In this document: positions 1-13,250 of the stretch, piece by piece
Layout of the letters: each line of letters opens with the position of its first letter
Numbering within the stretch: the stretch's first letter is position 1
From: Schizochytrium sp. TIO01
Lineage: Eukaryota; Protista; Bigyra: Labyrinthulomycetes
Assembly: GCA_004764695.1 (NCBI GenBank)
Contig: SMSO01000031.1
Coordinates: 286,436-350,435 of the forward strand
DNA length: 64,000 nucleotides
Reading direction: 5' to 3'
Notes under the pieces: model-generated
Database searches by the model: none
The model's input: only the letters and a program-made list of their open reading frames with translations
What the model was told of the DNA's origin: nothing
Program-made: the position numbers and the translations under genes

Positions 1-1
1 T

Positions 2-931
2 GTAAACGAAGAAGGGTGTACAGCACTTATGTATGCTTGTCGTTATGGCCAGCTAGGTACTGCTAAGCTTCTTATTTCACGGGGGGCGAGGCTTAATTTG
101 CAAAACAAAGCTGGTTTGACAGCTCTCATGATGGCTTGCGCTCAAAAGCATCTCCCAATTGTTCAACTGCTGATAAAGGAAGGTGCAGACCTCAATCTAC
201 AAGAAAATACTCAAAACATTACAGCATTGATGATTTGCGCAAATTCTAACCAACTTGAGATTGCGCAACTATTAATGGACGGTGGAGCGGACCTTGATGT
301 ACAAGATGAAGAAGGCACAACTGCGCTATTGTATACATTTGTCTCTGACGCTGTGAAGCTTGCTCGCGCCCTCGTTGAGAAAGGAGCTCGTATTGACTAC
401 CAAGATGTTAACCAAGTTAATGCATTGATGAATGCGTGTGGTAAAGGTTGGCTGGAACTGGTAAATCTTCTTCTCGAAAAAGGTGCCCCAATCGACAGTC
501 AAGATTGTGATGGAATGACTGCAATTATGTATGCTTGCTTAGCCCCAGAAGATTCTGAGCTTTCGACGCCAGCAAATATGTTAGCTTGCCTTCAGTCTTG
601 CTGGTGCAGAGGTGGTAAGCTTGACATTGTAACGAGCCAAAATAAAGACGCTCTGTGTGTAGCCCGTGAGGAAGCTCGCGAAGATGCGGTTGCCTTCCTC
701 GAATATGTTTCGAACACTCCCGTGGCCACAATTATTTTGGAAGAACTCAATTTCAGTCGACAAGTTCTTCTTGCATTTTTTGCAAAGGGCATATCTGACC
801 TAAATGCGTGTTCGTTGCTTTCTGACAACGATCTCCGCACTTTGGGAATTGAATCAGAACAAGAGCAGCAACATTTTGCAGAACTTGTGGCTCGCGCCAA
901 GAAACAAGGCGGGAAGCTGCGCAAAGTGTAA
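2..931 (+). CDS. Ankyrin-repeat protein with C-terminal SAM-like domain (5'-partial)
   Basis: About six ankyrin repeats (GxTALMxAC...L+xxGA). The C-terminus LEELNF...GISDL...LLSDNDLRTLGI is SAM-like. The frame is open to the window edge. Confidence 0.85.
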   Translation, partial: VNEEGCTALMYACRYGQLGTAKLLISRGARLNLQNKAGLTALMMACAQKHLPIVQLLIKEGADLNLQENTQNITALMICANSNQLEIAQLLMDGGADLDVQDEEGTTALLYTFVSDAVKLARALVEKGARIDYQDVNQVNALMNACGKGWLELVNLLLEKGAPIDSQDCDGMTAIMYACLAPEDSELSTPANMLACLQSCWCRGGKLDIVTSQNKDALCVAREEAREDAVAFLEYVSNTPVATIILEELNFSRQVLLAFFAKGISDLNACSLLSDNDLRTLGIESEQEQQHFAELVARAKKQGGKLRKV

Positions 932-1427
932 ACAAGAATTGCGTTCTCGCTTCCAAGACCCAGTATTATTTTGTGCCCGAGACTTTGAAGAAGATATCAG
1001 TAGCGTACCCACATGCATTCAATATATCAGAAAGTTTTGTGGTGTGCGCCCTGCGACTTTCTCAGCCCTTCATAAACAAAAAGAGTAATATAAAAGAATA
1101 GCGAATCTTATGGTAGGCTTTGAGTGTGTTTTTACCAACTAAATCTAATTAAAGATGCATCTATTAAAGTTTGACCACACATAAGTAGGCATATGTGAAG
1201 AGTATCCCGAAGGCTGGCTCAGCAAAGTATGTCCACATAGGAAACCAGGCCGGAAGGCCGGTCAGTAAAAACCTGCATGTGGTGGCAACTTCCATGAAAT
1301 CATGTGACCATCAAAAGAAAGGCTGCACCCAAGCTGCCTATTACATGCTCCGCTTCAAATTCTTCTTTACTCTCAAGACTCTAAAAGGCGACGTTGAAAG
1401 AGAAAAGAAAGGGACTATAGTGGCTAA

Positions 1428-2719
1428 TTACAGAGTCTTAACGGTGACAGCAGCGCCGGCAAGGCCTGCGTTTGGAAGAGTAGCATCAAACTGATCGCCA
1501 GGAATAGGCTTGGGGGGACCCCGTACAGAGTGAAGAAGCTGATAAGAAGAGGAGACATTACCCGAAGCATTGATAACTGAGATGAGATCTCGAACAGTGT
1601 GGCTTTTGTTAAAGTTGAAGACCTCTCGCTTGCGATTATGCGCAAAAATGACTTGCACACGGATCTTAGGCTCACCTTCGTCCACAGTCACAGGGTCTGA
1701 CTTTGCCTCTGAGTACGCAATGACAGAGCTATCTGAAGCCGAAACGCCACCAGCCGCCTGGCCGCCGCCACTGAAGGCGACGTACGGCGGAGGGACGTAC
1801 TCCTCTTCGCGCTTGTCATTAATTTTGAGAGCTGCAGGCTGGCCGTTCACAACAAGCTCCGAAGGGCAAATTCCATTCGAAATGTCTCGGAGGAAGGCAT
1901 CATTCTGAGGCAAGCCAGGCTCGCGCAAAGGGCCATCGTCAAGCGTAAAGCCATTGCTATATAATGTCAGAGTGGTTGTTGGCGCATCACCAAGGTCTGT
2001 ACCCATCGCCTCGCTCTCAGCTTGGGCGCGCTGAAGGATACGCGCCATAGCGTTACCTTCGGCCCCTTCACCAGGCACAACTACGTTCTGGCCACTAGGG
2101 ATTTCACAACGAGACCAAAGCAAAGAACACCATGGAGCAAACATCGTTCACGGGAAACCAATATGAGCATTGAATATGAGAATCCAGATGTACAGTTTTA
2201 AACACAGTGATCCAAGTTCCATTTCAGGGCGAGAAGAAGCATGTAAATTCATCAACATTTACCATCACAAAGCAAAAAAGGAAAACACAAGTTATCAAAG
2301 TCAACCCAATCAACATCACCAACCAAATCAATATCAAAAGTCAACAATCAGGACGTCAGTCTCTACTCTTGGTTCCTCAATCATTTGAAGTCTATCACCA
2401 GCTGTATTTCCGCTGCATCGATTCTTCTTCTTTTTTACAACATCAAAGGCATGAATCCCAGGAACCTGAAAGAACATCTCAAAAAAGCGATGTTCTCACC
2501 TATATAACTCCTATAGTTTCCAATAGCTGAATCTTTGCAAGTGAAGCTGCACGAAGATGGATCTGACCTGTCTGCTTGAACTCGCTCCCCAGTTCGAACT
2601 CACCTTCCACCAGCGTTTCCACCAGCACCTCCAGCGTAGTACTCATTGCCGCCGCCACGGCCCTGGGCCTGGCCTTCGCCAGCCTTCTTGAGAGCGTCTA
2701 ACGACACGATGTTGGGCAT
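1428..2719 (-). CDS. NSFL1C: p47/Shp1 (SEP + UBX) Cdc48/p97 cofactor; 2 exons: 2719-2604 and 2094-1428
   Basis: Exon 1 MPNIVSLD...NEYYAGGAGG splices (AG|GTGAGT ... CCCTAG|T) to SGQNVV. Contains SEP motif LYSNGFTLDDGPLR, SHP box FSGGGQ and C-terminal UBX (FNKSHTVRDL...GPPK). Joined length 783 nt is in frame. Confidence 0.9.
2095..2603 (-). other. Spliceosomal intron of the p47 gene
   Basis: GTGAGT donor at 2603, TAG acceptor ending 2095; removal restores the conserved YAGG..SGQ motif. Confidence 0.85.
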
Positions 2720-3589
2720 GGTCGATGTCGAAGTTGACAGAGAACAAACTTCAATTCGAAACTTCCTCCACGGAGTACGAACTGGTTCGAGACACGATGC
2801 TTAGTCCTGCGATGGCGCAACAGTAGCTACACAGTCTGACACTTCGCGTCTTCTGGTTGTGCGTTTGCCTGCGCCCACATCTCTGTTGTTGCTGTTACCG
2901 TGCTCTAAAATCTCTTTTTCTTCTTGAAAGTTCTTCATGGAAGACGAAAAGAGCTTGCTTTTCCAACGAATTTTCCAACAAAAACTCAAACAAATTTTCC
3001 AACGAATTACCAACGCGTTGGATTGTGAATTAGAGCCATTTCGAGCGGCATTCGCGACGCAGACTCGGGTAGACCTGCCTGCAGGGGGCGACGGAGAGCC
3101 GCCTTTAGGACTTTAGAGTCTCATTGAAGCCCCAATAGCTTCTTTTCAGCAGCGCACGACGAAGTGGCGCGCGCTGTGGCTGCAGAATCTGCTGTCATTA
3201 GGATTCCGCTTGTGGTGCAAGAACTACAACTTAGGTAGCCTCCGCGCCGACATCACCTCGGGAGGAGACAAAGACAGTGCAGGTTTGCTGAGAAGCTGAC
3301 TTCACTCCAACTGTTGTTGTCTGCTTAGAGGCTTGCTGAATCGAATTTTGCGACAATCTCGCCCAGTGGAAGCCGCCGAGAAGCTGGATTTTCGACCAGG
3401 CCCTTTGCTCATAATTCTTAGCTATTATTGTGCTCTTTCAAGTTTAGGATTTTTGCATACCCTTCTGGTTAAAACAACTAGGTTGTGTTGCAGAGATCGT
3501 GCTTGGAGTTCAAGTATAGAAATTCGAGACGCTTCGCTGTTTGTGGATATTGAGGTTTAATTTGCATTAGAAGAGACGGGTTGACGAAA

Positions 3590-6500
3590 ATGGCTAGCGA
3601 CGAAGAAAGCTTGGTCTCGGAGCACGACCTTGTGCAAGAGGCAGTTTCTGGCGCTATTGAGCTTACCGGCGGTCTTGAGGATACAGGTAAGCTTGATGAG
3701 ATCGTACCAGACAAGCTATATCTAAGTTCTATGCTTGAGGCCGGGAATAAGGATCTTCTTAATCAAATGGGCATTACGCATGTGCTTACGGTAGGAGCTG
3801 GTATGCCCGCACGATTCACACAGAGTTTTAGCTACCAGATTGTTGTTATTGAAGATACGCCAGAAGCGTTTATTCTGGACATTTTTGAGAATTGTTTTTC
3901 ATTCATTGAGCACGCCTTCGAACAGCAAGGTAGAGTGCTCGTTCACTGTGAAGGCGGCGTCAGTCGTAGTGCGACTGTTTGTGCAGCCTGGCTCATGTAC
4001 TCAGAAAAACCCCACCCGACAGCTACGCAGGCAATTGAGCGTCTGCAGTCCATTCGCTCACAAGTGTCGCCCAATCCAGGCTTCCGCGACCAGCTTGAAC
4101 TCTTCGAGCACCTTGGTTACAACCCAGATCTCTCTAGACCTGAAGCAGTGCTTCTGACTAACGACTACCTAACCAAACACCCCCCTCGTACGCAGGCGAC
4201 AAGAACTGCTCTTAATCAAGTTCTTTTCGAAACGCCTCCTGAGAACTACAACTATGAGCTTGAAACTAGCTCCAAGGCAAGCCATTTCATCTCCACAATT
4301 TTACAGGAGCAGAGTGCCTTAAACGCATTTCGTTCAAAGAAGAAGAAGCAACTCATCCATAGCACCTCTGCTGATGATGCTGCAATTTCTGAACGTGAAG
4401 GCCCTGCCAAGCGCGCAACGTCTAATTTTTCGCAACCAGTTAGCGGAAATAGTGATAGCGATACAGCGACAGGCCCTCCTTCAACCAATAACACGACAAC
4501 ACCAAACCCGCTCCTTTCCTTGCCAAGTGTGAATGAGGACTACCCGATTCCCGATGAGGATGGGCATGGAGGCACATCCTCCGTTGCTGCTTCATCAATT
4601 GCTTCAGGCAATTTCAAGATGACTGCGTCCGCAGCGTCTGGGACAGCGACACCAGATATCCCTTCTGAAGATCAGCGTGTCACTCCAAACCTCTTAACAA
4701 TCAATGATCCATTTGAGCTGGATGACAGCGACGATGGTCCCCTGCCAACAAAATGGGTTTCTGCTCGCTTGTTAAGTTTGAGTCGTAACTCATTAGAGGA
4801 TGCAGGTTCAGCCTCGGCGTCGGCATCTGTTGATGGTCGTGATACACCAATCATCCTTCCTGAGTCGCCTTCTGCAAAAAAGAAGCGACCTGCTCTTTTG
4901 AAGAAGCATCACTCAAGCGAGGCTGGGGAGAGTGTTGATTCGCGCTCTTCTATGGTATCTTCCTCTGCAGCATCGGTTGCAAGCGTTGCTTCGTCATTGG
5001 AGGCTCAAGCCACGGAAAGTACTGCTGATCTTCCTACACCTTTAGATACTGACATAAGCTTGTTCACCACTGCCACTGCCAAATTCATCCCAAGAACCAG
5101 TCCTGTACATGCGGGACTTAGCCTCGATGATAATGAGCCAGACTCACGCCAATTTACTCATCAGGGATCCCTGCGGCGATTCCGTACATCCAGTAGCACC
5201 ATCTATAGCATTGACAAAGAGCTCATCAAGGAAGAGGTTGCAGAAATGGCAGCTGCAATCGCAGAGAGCGCAGGTCGCTCTACAGCAGACTCGACAGTTT
5301 CCAGCGTCGGCACTGACAAGGATGCATACCCACTGCCAAAGCCCCCCTTTACTGGTCCTTCTACTACCGCTGCTGTGATGTCCCCTGTCGCACCAAACAG
5401 CGCAAATGTAGGAGGCAATATAGGCCGACCAAGTTCACCTACTACTGTTGGCACACGTGACAAATGCTTCGATGAAGACGAGGATAACGAAGATAAGACT
5501 GCTGCTACAAACGTAGTTGGCAAGGTTTTGATGGGTTATGCAATGACCCCAAGTGACGAACAAACTGTCTCTCATTGGTTAGCCCACAAGCCAAAGGGAA
5601 TCGCAGCTGGAGAAGCCTTCAAGGGTCTGCGTCAAGCTCTTCGAATGATGCGCAGATTCGTGTGTAATCCTGAGGGAAATGATGATCCTAATGCTATGGG
5701 ACTTGCAGGTCTTCAACGATCTTTACAACATGTAGGCGGCGTTCTTGAAAAATTCACTGGCTTTCCAATTCACAGTCCGGAATTCATGCGTCTTTTGCAA
5801 CGAGATACAGGCCTGGATACAATCCTTGCAAATTTGGATGTCGAGTACAAAAATGCATTAGATGAAGTCCGCCAGTGTACCTCAACGAGAGCTAGCGATC
5901 TTAATGTGCCACCACAACCTCTTTCCCCGGCGAAATTGTCAACAGTTAAGTCATCATCAAATCTCAATTCGGCTACCTCAACGCGGCGCTCGTCGATTGA
6001 TGCACAAACTATTTCTTTAATGCGTGCTCAATCACACGAGTTGGAAACACACCCTGAAGAATCGCATGATGATCTCCTTGTAGCTAGCCCGCCACCCCCT
6101 CCCCCTGTCCAGCCTCCTAATTTGGCTCGATACATTGATACCCAGAATCTGGATAGCGATAATGACTTCAATCTTGACGACAACATATCAAGCGATAAGC
6201 CTCCGTACCCGCTCAGTACAACGCCAGAGAAGAATGTTGCCGCTCCTCCAAAGATCATCTTTGCAGTTGGGACCCAAACACCTGGGCGGCCTTTGAATGT
6301 ATCGACGGCAGCTCCGGATGCAACTGCTTCTCCAACCTTGACTAATGTTTCGGGCAAAGGACGTCGTCCTGTGGTTGAAATGCCGGAGTTGAAAATCAAT
6401 GATGAACCAGATGACCAGACCCCAGCAGCACCAGTCACGGGTGCTGGTCTTCCTCGCCCGACTTACCTCGAGGTGCAAGGTAGGCAGAAACGGCATCGTC

Positions 6501-9500
6501 GTCGCCGTAGTGCGACAATTGATCTTCTTTTGTTGCTTGCAAAGCTAGGTTTGCGCAGAGAAAATTCAATGACGGTATCAGATAGTGCCTATCGCCAATT
6601 CTCCCAACTTTTGGAGGGTGGAGCTCGAGAAAAAGCTGCTCTGGAGAACCTGGACCAGTCATCGGCTGTTGAGCTTCTTGGTTACCTCGAAAGTTTTCCT
6701 CCTAATATCAAACGGGATGCTCGTATCCAGCGCCTCGGCCAGGTATGCGCAGCACGCCTTGTGCTCATGGTGGCAGAAGATACTGCATCCGAAATATTTG
6801 ACCAACTTCTTGTTCAACCCCAAGTGACTGGCCACGTTCGTGATGTTGCTACGTACGCTTTGCACTTTAGCGGAGCCTTGATTGGCACACAAATGAGTAT
6901 TCTACGCCGCGCGCGTCAAGAAATGGCGTGCACGAAGCTTACGGCCGCATTCCGTGGATCTCGTGTACGCAGGTCGCTAGCTCTGAGCAATCAAGCCGCC
7001 GCTCGAATCCAGTCTTGGCGTAGAAAATTGCGCGAAGAACATGGAAGTGCTTCTGAGTTCACAAAGCTTCCCATAGCGCTTCAGGAACCTATCGTAAGCC
7101 CTACTAGTCCAGTTGACGACGGTAGTTTATCACCTGCCATTGGGTCTCCAACATTCGCACTGGAAAATCTTTCAATTCAAGTAAACTCTGATGGAAGTAT
7201 CGGGTCGCCGCCATCATCTGCGGTTTCTCCACTATCTTCCTCGCCACCCCCTCTTCATCCTGGTAATGACCCTGATGCTCCACCTCGCCGGAGTAGACTT
7301 GTATCTCAAGCTAAATCGAATTGCAGTGTCTCAAGCTCAGGTAGTTCCCCCACATCGCCGCGAGCTCAGGCACAAGTGCAGTCGCGTCGGGCAAGCAACC
7401 TACGTTCGTGGCAGTCACACGACCCAGGTCCGGATGGAACATCTTCTCGGTCTCCCGAGCAGCAAAAGTCTCCAAGTAATGCATGGCAAGGCCCAGGCTC
7501 CCGGGTGCAAAATACAGTGATGTTGACCTTAGACTATGCCAACGCTGCGACTGCAAAAATGTCTTCTCTGTTGCGCCGGGCCCGTACAGATCGCGATCGC
7601 CGCAAAGGGTCTCGTCAGTTTTGGCGTAGTAATCGTAAGTCCTCTGATACGCAATCTACAGACAACAACTCACGTGGAGGAGTAGAGTCAGACAGCGATG
7701 ATGAAAACTTCACTGATGACGAAAGCAATTTCTCGTTGACAAGCCGCAAAGGAAGTGTCGATTCTGCTCAAGCTTCAATGAAGAATGATCGCAACTCGAG
7801 GCTTCCGTATAGACAAATTTCATCAGATCGTTTTGTGCGTACGCTTGATTCTCGCCCTGAACGTGTTCGTTCTCCGAAAACTGCAACCACTGAGGACTAT
7901 TCGGCCAAGTTCAGTGGAAGTCATGATAGTCCTGCTTCCCTTACTGCATTGCATGTAGCCCAACAACAGCAGCAGCAGCAGCAAGCAACAACAACAGCAG
8001 CAGCAACAACAGCAACAACAGTATTCCTCTCATGACGATATTCCACCACCAGAGCCCCTAGGATCCTCGGGCCCTCTATACAACACTGACGCGTACCTTT
8101 ACAGACGATCTAGTAGCGTTACAGGGACTGCGCCTGGGCCGATGGACGGTGGACTTCCTCTTGGAGCTTCTGCTGCGACTCTTGCAGAAGATGCTGCAAA
8201 TGGTGACTTGAGCATTGCGGTATCTGGTGTTGGACCTCTAGCTGTAAGCCGGGCAATTGAAAACATGGCATCACAGGGCGGAAACATGCTCACAGGGATG
8301 TCTCCTACTCGGTTGGTAGCTGGGGATGTGGCGAGTATCACAAGTAGTAATAGCGCCAGCGCTAGCATGTACAATGCATTTTATCTTGGGAATGCTGACG
8401 AAAGTAGAAGTGGTGATGCTCTCACTCGTCCTATTAATCCTGTGCATGCTCTTCAGGGCCTCTTGCGCCACCTGGCTCGAGTTGTGACTAGTGAAGCGCG
8501 CCGTAACATGGAGGAAGCATATTCTATGCAGCAGTCTTTGCGACAACTGCAGCAGCATGCAAAGAATCTTCGTGCCGTCCATCCGCGAATCTGCGTGGCG
8601 GATAATGAGCAGCGTGTTGGTCTCTCAAGCCTTCCCAAGGCGAGCCGGGAGCTAGCTCGCTGGCTAAAACAACATCCGCATGGATATGGCCAAAACCAGA
8701 CGCCTTATGTCTTTGACTTTGAGCTTCGTGTATTAGCGTTCTTCCCTCCTTGCGAGTTTGATACAGCACTTCAGCCACCGAACGACACCTCAGCCAAATT
8801 CCGTAAGATACTCAGTACTGTGTTCAACCTCATGCCGTGTGATGACGAGGCTCTCTTAGACCTTACAGAAACCGCGACGCTCTCTCAGCATGCGTCCGCA
8901 GGCTATGCTATCACTACTTCGTTATTCTATATTGACAAGCTTAGTGATGCATCTACGGACTACATGCACTCCCATCATCTAGGGGACGAGAGAGAAGGTA
9001 CATACGGTACGGTATCTGGAGGCTATGTTCGTTACTCTGCTGAGGATGATCGTTATGTCTTCACTGAGGAGTCAGGTCATTATGGTTCTCGTTGGACTCT
9101 GCCAGGCACTCGCCAGAGCTTGCGCAAGTTTATGCAAGAGAGTAACCTTCAGGACTCCTACTTCCTCAAGCCTTTCTTTCGACAGAATGCAAAGCAAAAC
9201 AGCTCAATTTCACAGCTGTTTGCAGCTCCAACTGCTGAGATGGGCGAGGGCGGACACCCAGATGTCATCTCACGTACGGACTCGCAGACTAGCTTCGGTG
9301 TAGGACCTACTGTCGAACTACCAGCCTCCAAAATTCCGTCTGCCTTGGCTCCTGCTGTCACAGCGACTGTCTCAGCGGCAACAGCAGCTGCGACAACTGC
9401 AGTGCCAACTGGAACATCAGCTGTTGCTTCTTCTGCACTTAAAAGTCCTGCTCCAGTGCAAGCCACACCTGTCGATGCTGATCATAATACTCGGCAAGTA

Positions 9501-9641
9501 CATGCCCCTGCTGCTGCTGGAACCCCTCCGATTCCTTCCACAGAAACTGCAGCAGCTGCTGCAGTTGGAATCGCAAAGGTTTCAGAGGATAAGGCTGATG
9601 AATCGGGTTCTGACTGGGATTTCAGTGATGATGACAGTTAA
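3590..9641 (+). CDS. Large dual-specificity phosphatase with IQ-like motifs and a C-terminal SGHY-motif domain; one gene split by a +1 frameshift at ~7984
   Basis: DUSP catalytic motif VHCEGGVSRS and SPNPGFRDQL; IQ-like motifs at ~6925-7040. Removing one A from the CAG/CAA tract at 7983-7984 joins ORF 3581-8035 to ORF 8142-9641 without stops (~2016 aa). Confidence 0.8.
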
Positions 9642-10216
9642 AAGCCGCGTCATGGTTTTTTGGTATAGTTCACTCTTGAACATTGGAGAATAATATAAAG
9701 GCCATACGGTTGTAAGGTAAAACTGACATGAATGGATATCGTTTGCAAGCTCGGTGTTCCTCTATGGTCGTTTCACACTAACGGGGTTTTCGAGCCTCTG
9801 ATTTCAATTATGTTGTTGTCTGGAGACGGTTCGTATACCTTTCGGCTTCTTTTTCTTCAGAATATGCATGCATCCATTTCAATTTAGAAGAATGTAAAAG
9901 TTCAAGTTATTATTGTCTTTATCTTTAAAGCTTTTTTTGAAAGTTTGTTCTGATTTTATCTACGGAGGGAAGTGAAGAAGATAGAAGAACCAAAAAAAGG
10001 AAGGGCGGGAGCTAAGGTGAGTGTAAACCGGGGACTGTTTATTTGGTTCCGATCGACGAAGAAGAATATATGACATACCACTGCAGGTGAAGGTAAACAA
10101 GTAGGTAGGCTAGTCTCATCAAACCATACATACGGTCGTGCTGCAAGTTTGAGATAGGCAGCTAACTTGCATATGAACGAGCTGCTTAGACTTACTGTCA
10201 GCAGCAAGTGAACACC

Positions 10217-11041
10217 TTAGTTAGTGGACGAAGCTGAAGATGAGGCTTCGCCGCCAGCGGCAGCGCCAGAGCCCGAAGACTTCTCTTGCTGCGGCATAAA
10301 CTCGATGATTGGGTCTCCCACCTTTTTGATCTCTTGGACTTTTGCGTCAACGTTGAAGATCTTACCAAAGATGAGCTTGAAGATTTTTTGCACATTGATT
10401 GAGTGCGAGGCCGAGCTAAAGATGAGCGGTGCCTTCATAGCTCGTGCATATTTTCGAGCCTGTTTGGTGATTTCCTTTTGCTCTTCATGCGGGAGTGTGG
10501 CGAAGACATCATACTTGGTGCCAATAAGGAAGGCAAAGGCTTGCTTATTGAGCCCGCGTACCTGGCGATACCATTCGCGCACGCTACTGAGTGTGCTCTT
10601 CTGTGCAAGAGAAAACATGAAAAGGATGACCAAGGCATCGTTGCAAACGAGTGGGAGCATACTGATGAATTCTCGCTCACCACCCAGATCCCAGATGGAG
10701 AAGGTTACCTCGGCGTTTTTAAGTGTGATGGACTTTTCCATGAAGTTCACACCCAACGTCTCAATATAGTCTGAGTCGAACTTGCCCTCTACGTAACGTA
10801 CCATGAGTGAAGTCTTGCCGATTTGAGCGTCACCAACCATGCCAACCTTGACCACAAGGCTGTTGCGAGCACTCTTGGCTGATCCAGACCCCTTGAGTCG
10901 ACGCTCGACCTTCAGGGGCGCGCCCTGCGCCCCTTCGCCTACGCTCGATTCCTCTAACTTCGAGTCCTGCTGCGAGGAGTTCGTCGTCTCCTCGTCGAGT
11001 TCTTCTTCTGCATCTTGCTCTTCCACGTCGTTGCTCGACAT
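10217..11041 (-). CDS. SPG1: Septation/mitotic-exit small GTPase Spg1/Tem1
   Basis: KVGMVGDAQIGKTSLMVRYV, YIETLGVNFMEK, SIWDLGG and MLPLVCNDA are characteristic of Spg1/Tem1. Confidence 0.92.
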   Translation of the reverse strand: MSSNDVEEQDAEEELDEETTNSSQQDSKLEESSVGEGAQGAPLKVERRLKGSGSAKSARNSLVVKVGMVGDAQIGKTSLMVRYVEGKFDSDYIETLGVNFMEKSITLKNAEVTFSIWDLGGEREFISMLPLVCNDALVILFMFSLAQKSTLSSVREWYRQVRGLNKQAFAFLIGTKYDVFATLPHEEQKEITKQARKYARAMKAPLIFSSASHSINVQKIFKLIFGKIFNVDAKVQEIKKVGDPIIEFMPQQEKSSGSGAAAGGEASSSASSTN

Positions 11042-11459
11042 CTTCGTATCTGCGCTTGCAATATCTCACTCAATTCTCAACCAATCTGTCCAATTATTTC
11101 AGCAAACTGCACCCAAAGTTGAGTATTTCCCTGCAGTGATTCTTCCACGACGGACCCCACGTCGTATCCTGAGCTCTCGCTGCGTTGGCCTTGCTCTTTT
11201 GCCACGCAGGCGCACTGATACCCAAGGCGGCTGTTGCTGATTCCCTGGGACCGACAACGGGCTTCGTTCGATCTTGAGCTTGTGCGTGGAGCCAGGTGCG
11301 CTCTGCGTCGAGGCGCCTGCGTATGCACCGTTGCAAAGGCCCAGCCGGAGGTGACGCCAGCGACGAGGCCGCCAAGATCGCCCGAGCTGAGCGGTCGGTC
11401 TCGTCGAAGCGGAACTGAAAATACAGACGAAATGAAATCGAAGATTGAAATGAAAGCGC

Positions 11460-11550
11460 TCTTCTCTTTCCTTCTTTCTCTTTCCTTCTTTCTCTTTCTT
11501 TCTTTCTTTCTCTTTCTTTCTCTCTCTTTCTTTCTCTCTCTTTCTTTCCA
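11460..11550. repeat. CT/CTTT-rich simple repeat
   Basis: Pyrimidine-only run of CTTT/CT units. Confidence 0.9.
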
Positions 11551-11833
11551 TTCGCTTTTTCACTCAGAAAGGTTAAAAACTTCGCTTTCAATGACCAATT
11601 AATTAATGACCAAGCAGAGATGGGCCTCAATTGCACGCAACAAATCTACACCAAACGGCGTTCAACGATGGCGGCGTGGACATGCGTCAGAGGCCCTTCG
11701 ATGCGTGCTGCTTTCACCAAGGTTCTACCCGCCCATCCACTCCTCTAATTTCTACTTCGTTTTGTGATCATTTGGGGGTTGGTTTCTATTGCTGTTGCTC
11801 TTTTCTCTTTCTCTTTTCATGACAAAATGAGAC

Positions 11834-12325
11834 AATGAATGAATGAATGAATGAGTGAATGAATGATTGATTGAATGAATGAATGAATGAATGAATGAAT
11901 GATTGATTGATTGAATGAATGATTGAATGAATGATTGATTGATTGAATGAATGATTGAATGAATGATTGAATGATTGAATGAATGAATGAATGAATGAAT
12001 GAATGAATGAATGAATGAATGAATGAATGAATGAATGAATGAATGAATGAATGAATGAAAAAGAACTTTGAATAAAAGAACTTTGAATAAAAGAATGAAT
12101 GAAAGAATGAATGAATGAGTGAATGAATGAAAAAGAACTTTGAATGAATGAAAGAAAGAATGAATGAATGAATGAATGAATGAATGAAAAAGAACTTTGA
12201 ATGAATGAATGACCTCCTTTCTCCCTTTTAGTAATAATGAGTAATTTATCAGTATTACAGTCAAACGAATGAAAGAAACTAAATAAATGAATAAATGAAT
12301 GAATGAATGAATGAAAGAAATGAAT
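11834..12325. repeat. ~0.5-kb (GAAT)n/(GATT)n microsatellite array
   Basis: Long GAAT run with GATT variants and interspersed AAAAGAACTTT units. Confidence 0.95.
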
Positions 12326-13201
12326 GAAAAAAAGAGAAAGAATTCGAAAGAATTCGAAAGAGAACGAATGAAAATCGCCATTGCAAACACATTACATTTC
12401 AGGCTCGCCGGAAAGGCGGGCGCAGACAAGACGCAGGCGGGAGTGGCGGCGGCCAGGGCCCGGCGGGGAGGGGCGGGGAGGTCCCGCCGCCGCCACCGCG
12501 TACCGACGCCCGCCCCGAGGTCCGGTGGGCCTTTTGCCGGCTCCTCCAACGTCCTTCAACGCCCTTTCGTAACTTCGAAAATGCAGAAACCATTTCCATC
12601 ATTTTCGATCTTATTTTCGATTTTCTTTTCGATTTTCTTTTCGATTTTCTTTGTTTGTTTGTTCGTTTGTGAAAGTTGGACAAATTCGTCGAGTCAAATT
12701 GACAACGTGTCAACGAAGGGTGGAGACCCCCCTCGCGAGGAGGCGGGCGTCGCTGGAGGTTTCCTGACTCGCCGCGCAGGCCCTTCGAAGGCACGCCCGG
12801 TCTGGAGAAGAGCCGCGGATGTTGTCACAAGTTCAAGAGCACGATTCCCCAATGCGAAGTTCTCTTTCCTTTTGATCAGCTGGAGCGCTGAGTGTAGTCC
12901 TAAAACCAGTCGAAGGCGGACATTCGTGGCCTCGGCCTTTGCGAACGGCGGAGGGCGCGAGGGCGACGGGACCGCGGGGAGTGGAGAGATGGGGCTCGCC
13001 ACGCGCCGTCTCCGACCCCACCACCGCAGCCCGGGCGGGATGCAGAGCGCTGGCAGCGAGATCGCCAAGACCGGAGAGGACATGGATATTATGTCCTACA
13101 GCGCCATCAAGCACTCACTCGCTACACGGACTTGGCAGCACTACAGAACGTGAATTCATGTGACACCAACACGAATTTGTGCATTGAAATACGAGGTGGT
13201 G

Positions 13202-13250
13202 GCTTGAATTGTGATGCTTGAATTGGGATGCTTGAATTGTGATGCTTGAA
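13202..13250. repeat. 14-bp tandem repeat x3.5 (GCTTGAATTGTGAT)
   Basis: Units at 13202, 13216 and 13230, with a partial unit at 13244. Confidence 0.9.

Noticed and set aside
11752-12549. 265-aa and 280-aa ORFs over the GAAT array (HSFI repeats)
   Set aside because: Translations of microsatellite and GC-rich sequence; no protein-like content.
13202-13250. Short repeats as a CRISPR array
   Set aside because: Head-to-tail tandem units with no spacers, no cas genes, and a eukaryotic context.
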